Of a stretch of 64,000 bases of DNA, positions 60,655 to 64,000 are shown piece after piece. The notes below the pieces were generated by a model. It saw nothing but the letters and a program-made list of their open reading frames with translations, was not told where the DNA came from and made no database searches. Position 1 is the first letter of the stretch. The number at the start of each line of letters is the position of its first letter. Where the stretch lies: IMG/VR virus record IMGVR_UViG_3300019886_000004, positions 83,917-147,916 of that record. One strand, written 5' to 3'. Source of the stretch: a virus. A program made the translations under genes and the position numbers.

Positions 60655-60763
60655 TGGGAAAGTAGTGGGACTCAAACCCACAACCGTACCTGTTACATGA
60701 GTAAGAATACTCATCGGGTCCGCTCTATCTACAGGGACACATCCCATTGGAGCTATACTTTCC
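60655..60763 (-). ncRNA. tRNA-like RNA with remodelled D loop and anticodon arm
   Basis: Acceptor GAAAGTA/TACTTTC plus CCA, D stem GCTC/GAGC, T arm GTGGG-TTTGAGT-CCCAC; inserted hairpins; no 7-nt anticodon loop. Confidence 0.6.
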
Positions 60764-60770
60764 TTATAAG

Positions 60771-60846
60771 TACTACCTCTCGGGATCGAACCGAGCTGAA
60801 CCAACTATCCTTTCGATACGATATAAGCGTAAGGGAATAAGGTAGC
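60771..60846 (-). ncRNA. tRNA-like RNA lacking a D arm, with a UAU-containing 7-nt loop
   Basis: Acceptor GCTACCT/AGGTAGT, T arm CTCGG-TTCGATC-CCGAG, TACG-CTTATAT-CGTA. Confidence 0.55.
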
Positions 60847-61055
60847 ATAAAAGAAACATTAGCACTTTTACAATACACTGTTTTATACAGTTTGGTCTCC
60901 TTTAATTATTAATTATTTTTAGTAGCATAGTAAATAAGCATACATGCTCCACAACATAAAAAGAATATAATAACGTTCTGTAGTATTGAAACTTGCAGAT
61001 CTTCTTGTTCCGGATCGTATTTTTTTGTTATTTCATTATATTTCATAAAATTAAT

Positions 61056-61544
61056 TTAATAAGCTAAGTAAATCATTCTAAGTATTGACAAAATCCTTTG
61101 ATTTGGTTTAATACATTTATTGTTTTGATTGAATACTGTACTATCTTCATTTATAGCTTCATCAATGAATTTAGCTACTGCTCCGCTTCTTGAGAAACCA
61201 GCAGCACAATGCACTATAAAAACATTAGCATCTTGATTTGCCTCAACAAACTCCACTATTCTTTTACCCTGTCCTTCATTCATAGGTATTACTGGAATAT
61301 ACTCTCTGCTATCTTTTATATTTCCTAATAGTTTGACAGTTAACTCAGTATCCACGTCATCAAAGCATAATCTTAATACATTGTGATGCTCGTGTTTGAA
61401 ATAAAAAGGATGAATTAAGAGATCTTGTTCTCCCATTATTTCTATGATAGCAGCCTTTTTTTCTTCAATATTATACTCATGAACCGCATTAATTACCATG
61501 TGTTTAATAAATTCATGATAAGACAACGCATATATTAACTTCAT
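61056..61544 (-). CDS. Protein tyrosine/dual-specificity phosphatase-like protein
   Basis: FDD, VHCAAGFSRSGAVA (CX5R), PN. Confidence 0.85.
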   Translation of the reverse strand: MKLIYALSYHEFIKHMVINAVHEYNIEEKKAAIIEIMGEQDLLIHPFYFKHEHHNVLRLCFDDVDTELTVKLLGNIKDSREYIPVIPMNEGQGKRIVEFVEANQDANVFIVHCAAGFSRSGAVAKFIDEAINEDSTVFNQNNKCIKPNQRILSILRMIYLAY

Positions 61545-61559
61545 TTAGCTTGGATTTAG

Positions 61560-61632
61560 TAGTCCCGGATAGATTCAAACTATCGACTTTCATTTTAGAA
61601 AAATGACACTCTATTCACTGAGTTACGGGACC
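61560..61632 (-). tRNA. tRNA-Arg(TCT)
   Basis: GGTCCCG/CGGGACT acceptor; TCATT-TTTCTAA-AATGA; A19/U56 variant. Confidence 0.8.
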
Positions 61633-61683
61633 AATAAAACCACCATAAAGTGCAATTATGATGGTTTGTAGGTAACTGCATGA

Positions 61684-62777
61684 CTAAGACGAAATTTCGA
61701 ACTTTTCCAGCCACTCTTGCGGGTCACTAACGGCTCCATCCAGTATCCTCATAACATCTTGTCTTGTAAAGTGTTGTTTTCTAATTATATTTGTAACCTG
61801 AAGTAAACCATCATAACCGAACACTGGAACTTCCTTTGTTTGCATTTTGATCTCAAACTTATTAATCCCTTTTTTGTACTTTTCCACAACGTACTCTGGT
61901 AGAAAAGCCAAGCAATCATTCAGTTTTCTTCCGTTTGTTGATGCAGCATGGATCCTACAGTTTACACTTAAATCTTCAGTGCCGGTGAATCTTATGATAT
62001 TTTTAGTAAACGTGTTTACCATGAGATCCAGGTAGCTTGGTTTTTCATCACTTATGAGTAAGTAGTAATCTAAACCTACTTCCATTATCCAACATTTAAC
62101 CTTTCTTATTTCCATTATTAGCAAGTTTTTTAATAAGTTTAAGTGATTCAAGATTACCTTTTAATCTTGAGATAGTGTGACTACCAGTGATATCTGTTTC
62201 ATGTGTTAGTCTCTTTAATTCGTTTTTGACTGTTTTTATTTCGTTATTTAAGAATTTAACACCAATTTTTAAACTTTTCATATTATTTAGTTAAATTTGA
62301 ACTTTATTACTTATCTCCATCAGCAGTTGTTAGTAGGAACATTGATTTATTAATGCCTTCTCCTTTAAAGTAATGTGTACATTTCTCTTTAGTAGTCATG
62401 AACATTTCTTTTTGATGACTAGGTAAATAATCAAAGTCTTTCTTACTAATAATAAAACCCTCCCTTATACTTTTAAAATTAATGGTGTGTGGTTTTACTT
62501 TATGAAATCTAGAAGGATGACACCAATGAGCATCTCCTGGTAGCATCTCTTTGGTTTCATAACTTCTAATGTAATTAAGCTCAGAGATTAAACCAATATC
62601 TAAATGCTGGTTGCCTTCTTTGTCTGTGAATATATTTTTTACTGGATATCCTTTGCTAAAGTCAAGTGGAGGTGAGTGATCATTACCTTTAAGTGGATCA
62701 ATCCAATCACATATTATTAAGTCTCCCACACAATACTCCTCTATATAATTGAATTGTTTTGTTACTTTTACTACCAT
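61684..62777 (-). other. Three hypothetical genes (61684-62151, 62096-62281, 62307-62777)
   Basis: Minus-strand ORFs. Confidence 0.45.
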
Positions 62778-63250
62778 TAGATATAACTTTTATATTCGCG
62801 TGGTAAAATAATAGTGGCTCCCTGTGGTAATCCTCCTACATTACAAAATCTGTAATTAAATTTGGACATTGCCGCGTTGTATTCTGCTGCTAGTGTGTTG
62901 AAGGAGGCTTTAACACCACTTTCTTCACTTTGCCATGTGTTATACTGTTCACGATCATCACGACTCCATTTGGATCTGTTTAAGCTGTCAGCACCATATC
63001 CTTCTTTTATAGTAGCATATCGTTGTCTGTAGTCATTTAAATTAGCTAGTTTAGCATCTAATTGCGCAGATGCATCCTTAAACCATTCATATTTACGAAG
63101 TAATTCTTCTGGCTTAAATTGATCGTAAACTACTTTATTGGCGTTGTTTACCATTTTAACTGCTGTGTTGCAAGTCCCCATTATTAATGAAAGGATAAGG
63201 ATGAATAGCCCTCCTAGAGCTACCCATCCAAATATCTTTAATGTTTTCAT
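62777..63250 (-). CDS. Membrane-anchored helical protein
   Basis: N-terminal TM; YEWFKD..AAEYNA. Confidence 0.6.
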   Translation of the reverse strand: MKTLKIFGWVALGGLFILILSLIMGTCNTAVKMVNNANKVVYDQFKPEELLRKYEWFKDASAQLDAKLANLNDYRQRYATIKEGYGADSLNRSKWSRDDREQYNTWQSEESGVKASFNTLAAEYNAAMSKFNYRFCNVGGLPQGATIILPREYKSYI

Positions 63251-63810
63251 TACTTAATTTCCTCCAAATTGATTGTTATATTTTTTACAGAAATAGGTTG
63301 ACTAGAAACATGTACAATCATTCCACCAGTGATATATTGTTGATGATAAATATTTTTACTATCAAACCAATAAACATACTCTACTGATGATCCATATGTT
63401 CCGTCATCCTGTAAAACCTCACCTGTCTTATATGTTGTTCCACTTATATCAACATCTATTCCATCAGGTGCTTTTGTATTCGGTTGGTTGGTTGATACAG
63501 TAGTAGGACTTAATCTTTTACCAGAAGAAGTTACTTTACCTTTTACAGTGGAATAAAGAATCACTTGACCTGAATAAGCTGATATAATATAAAGATGCTT
63601 GATAGCACCGGGTTTATTATCCTCTGCATACCGGGCAACTATATTATTTTGTTCTGTTGTATGTCCATTGAGATCTGTAGCTACTTTAGTAGTAACTTTG
63701 GTAACACCTGAACTACTGGAAGGAGTTGCTGTTGGTGCATTTAAATCGCAACTTGTTAATGTTATACACGCAATGATAAATACAGATAAGAGAACTTTTA
63801 AATGTTTCAT
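63250..63810 (-). CDS. Lipoprotein
   Basis: True start MKHLKVLL at 63810; lipobox LTS-C; GKVTSSGKRL, DGTYGSS. Confidence 0.7.
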   Translation of the reverse strand: MKHLKVLLSVFIIACITLTSCDLNAPTATPSSSSGVTKVTTKVATDLNGHTTEQNNIVARYAEDNKPGAIKHLYIISAYSGQVILYSTVKGKVTSSGKRLSPTTVSTNQPNTKAPDGIDVDISGTTYKTGEVLQDDGTYGSSVEYVYWFDSKNIYHQQYITGGMIVHVSSQPISVKNITINLEEIK

Positions 63811-63841
63811 ATTTTTATTTAAATTAGTTTGTAAATATAAG

Positions 63842-64000
63842 TTAGTAGCCATTACCATCGCCATAGCCATAGCCATCGCCATTGCCATTACCATAGCCAT
63901 AGCCATAGCCATAGCCATTGCCATTGCCATAGCCATCGCCATTGCCATTACCATAGCCATTGCCATTACCATTACCATAGCCATTGTCATAGCCATATCC
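63842..64000 (-). CDS. Gly-X (GYG/GNG/GDG) repeat protein, C-terminal part
   Basis: Hexamer repeat GGY-(T/A/G)AT reads GYGYDNGYGNGNGNGYG...GY-stop. Confidence 0.7.
   Translation of the reverse strand, partial: GYGYDNGYGNGNGNGYGNGNGDGYGNGNGYGYGYGYGNGNGDGYGYGDGNGY

Noticed and set aside
60613-60804. 63-aa ORF
   Set aside because: Overlaps tRNA-Thr and two tRNA-like RNAs
61585-61610. Amber suppressor reading (CTA) of the tRNA at 61560-61632 and stop-codon reassignment
   Set aside because: The 5-bp stem places TCT at the anticodon, and long genes are intact under the standard code
917-62035. Short antisense ORFs inside larger genes (e.g. 917-1183, 6984-7307, 39246-39560, 47235-47543)
   Set aside because: Shadow frames of well-supported genes with no motifs of their own
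63811-63996. MAMAMA N-terminal extension of ORF 63250-63996
   Set aside because: Wrong-frame reading of the Gly-X repeat; the lipoprotein starts at 63810
1-64000. CRISPR array, diversity-generating retroelement, integrase or IS element
   Set aside because: No spaced direct repeats, reverse transcriptase, recombinase or transposase motifs were seen

Overview
AT-rich segment of a large lytic Bacteroidota phage with crAss-like replication genes, using the standard genetic code. The host phylum is inferred from repeated TTTG-N20-TAnnTTTG promoters and Sec signal peptides followed by Gln. Left to right: (i) class II ribonucleotide reductase (partial), dUTPase and nucleases; (ii) a ~10 kb phiEco32-like amide-ligase cluster (COOH-NH2 ligase, amidoligase, ATP-grasp, class II GATase, two class I GATases, gamma-glutamylcyclotransferase, GNAT-like proteins); (iii) primase, SSB-like protein, Sak4-like ATPase and DnaB-like helicase; (iv) accessory genes; (v) a + strand fibre/adhesin and lysis block (25.8-41.1 kb) in which four large proteins carry signal peptides; (vi) a NAD-rebuilding module (macro domain, PRS-like, HAD, NAMPT-like) whose NAMPT-like gene is split by a group I intron with a homing endonuclease; (vii) small genes, two tRNAs and two aberrant tRNA-like RNAs. 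The most striking unexplained signals are non-coding or recoding: a circularly permuted tRNA-mimic at 51490-51577, two large structured RNAs (25050-25450 and 55980-56206), and a phosphoesterase gene broken by a 5-nt ACT-TAA/ACA gap at the foot of a hairpin, a candidate for ribosomal hopping. All assignments come from motif reading by eye; no database searches were run.
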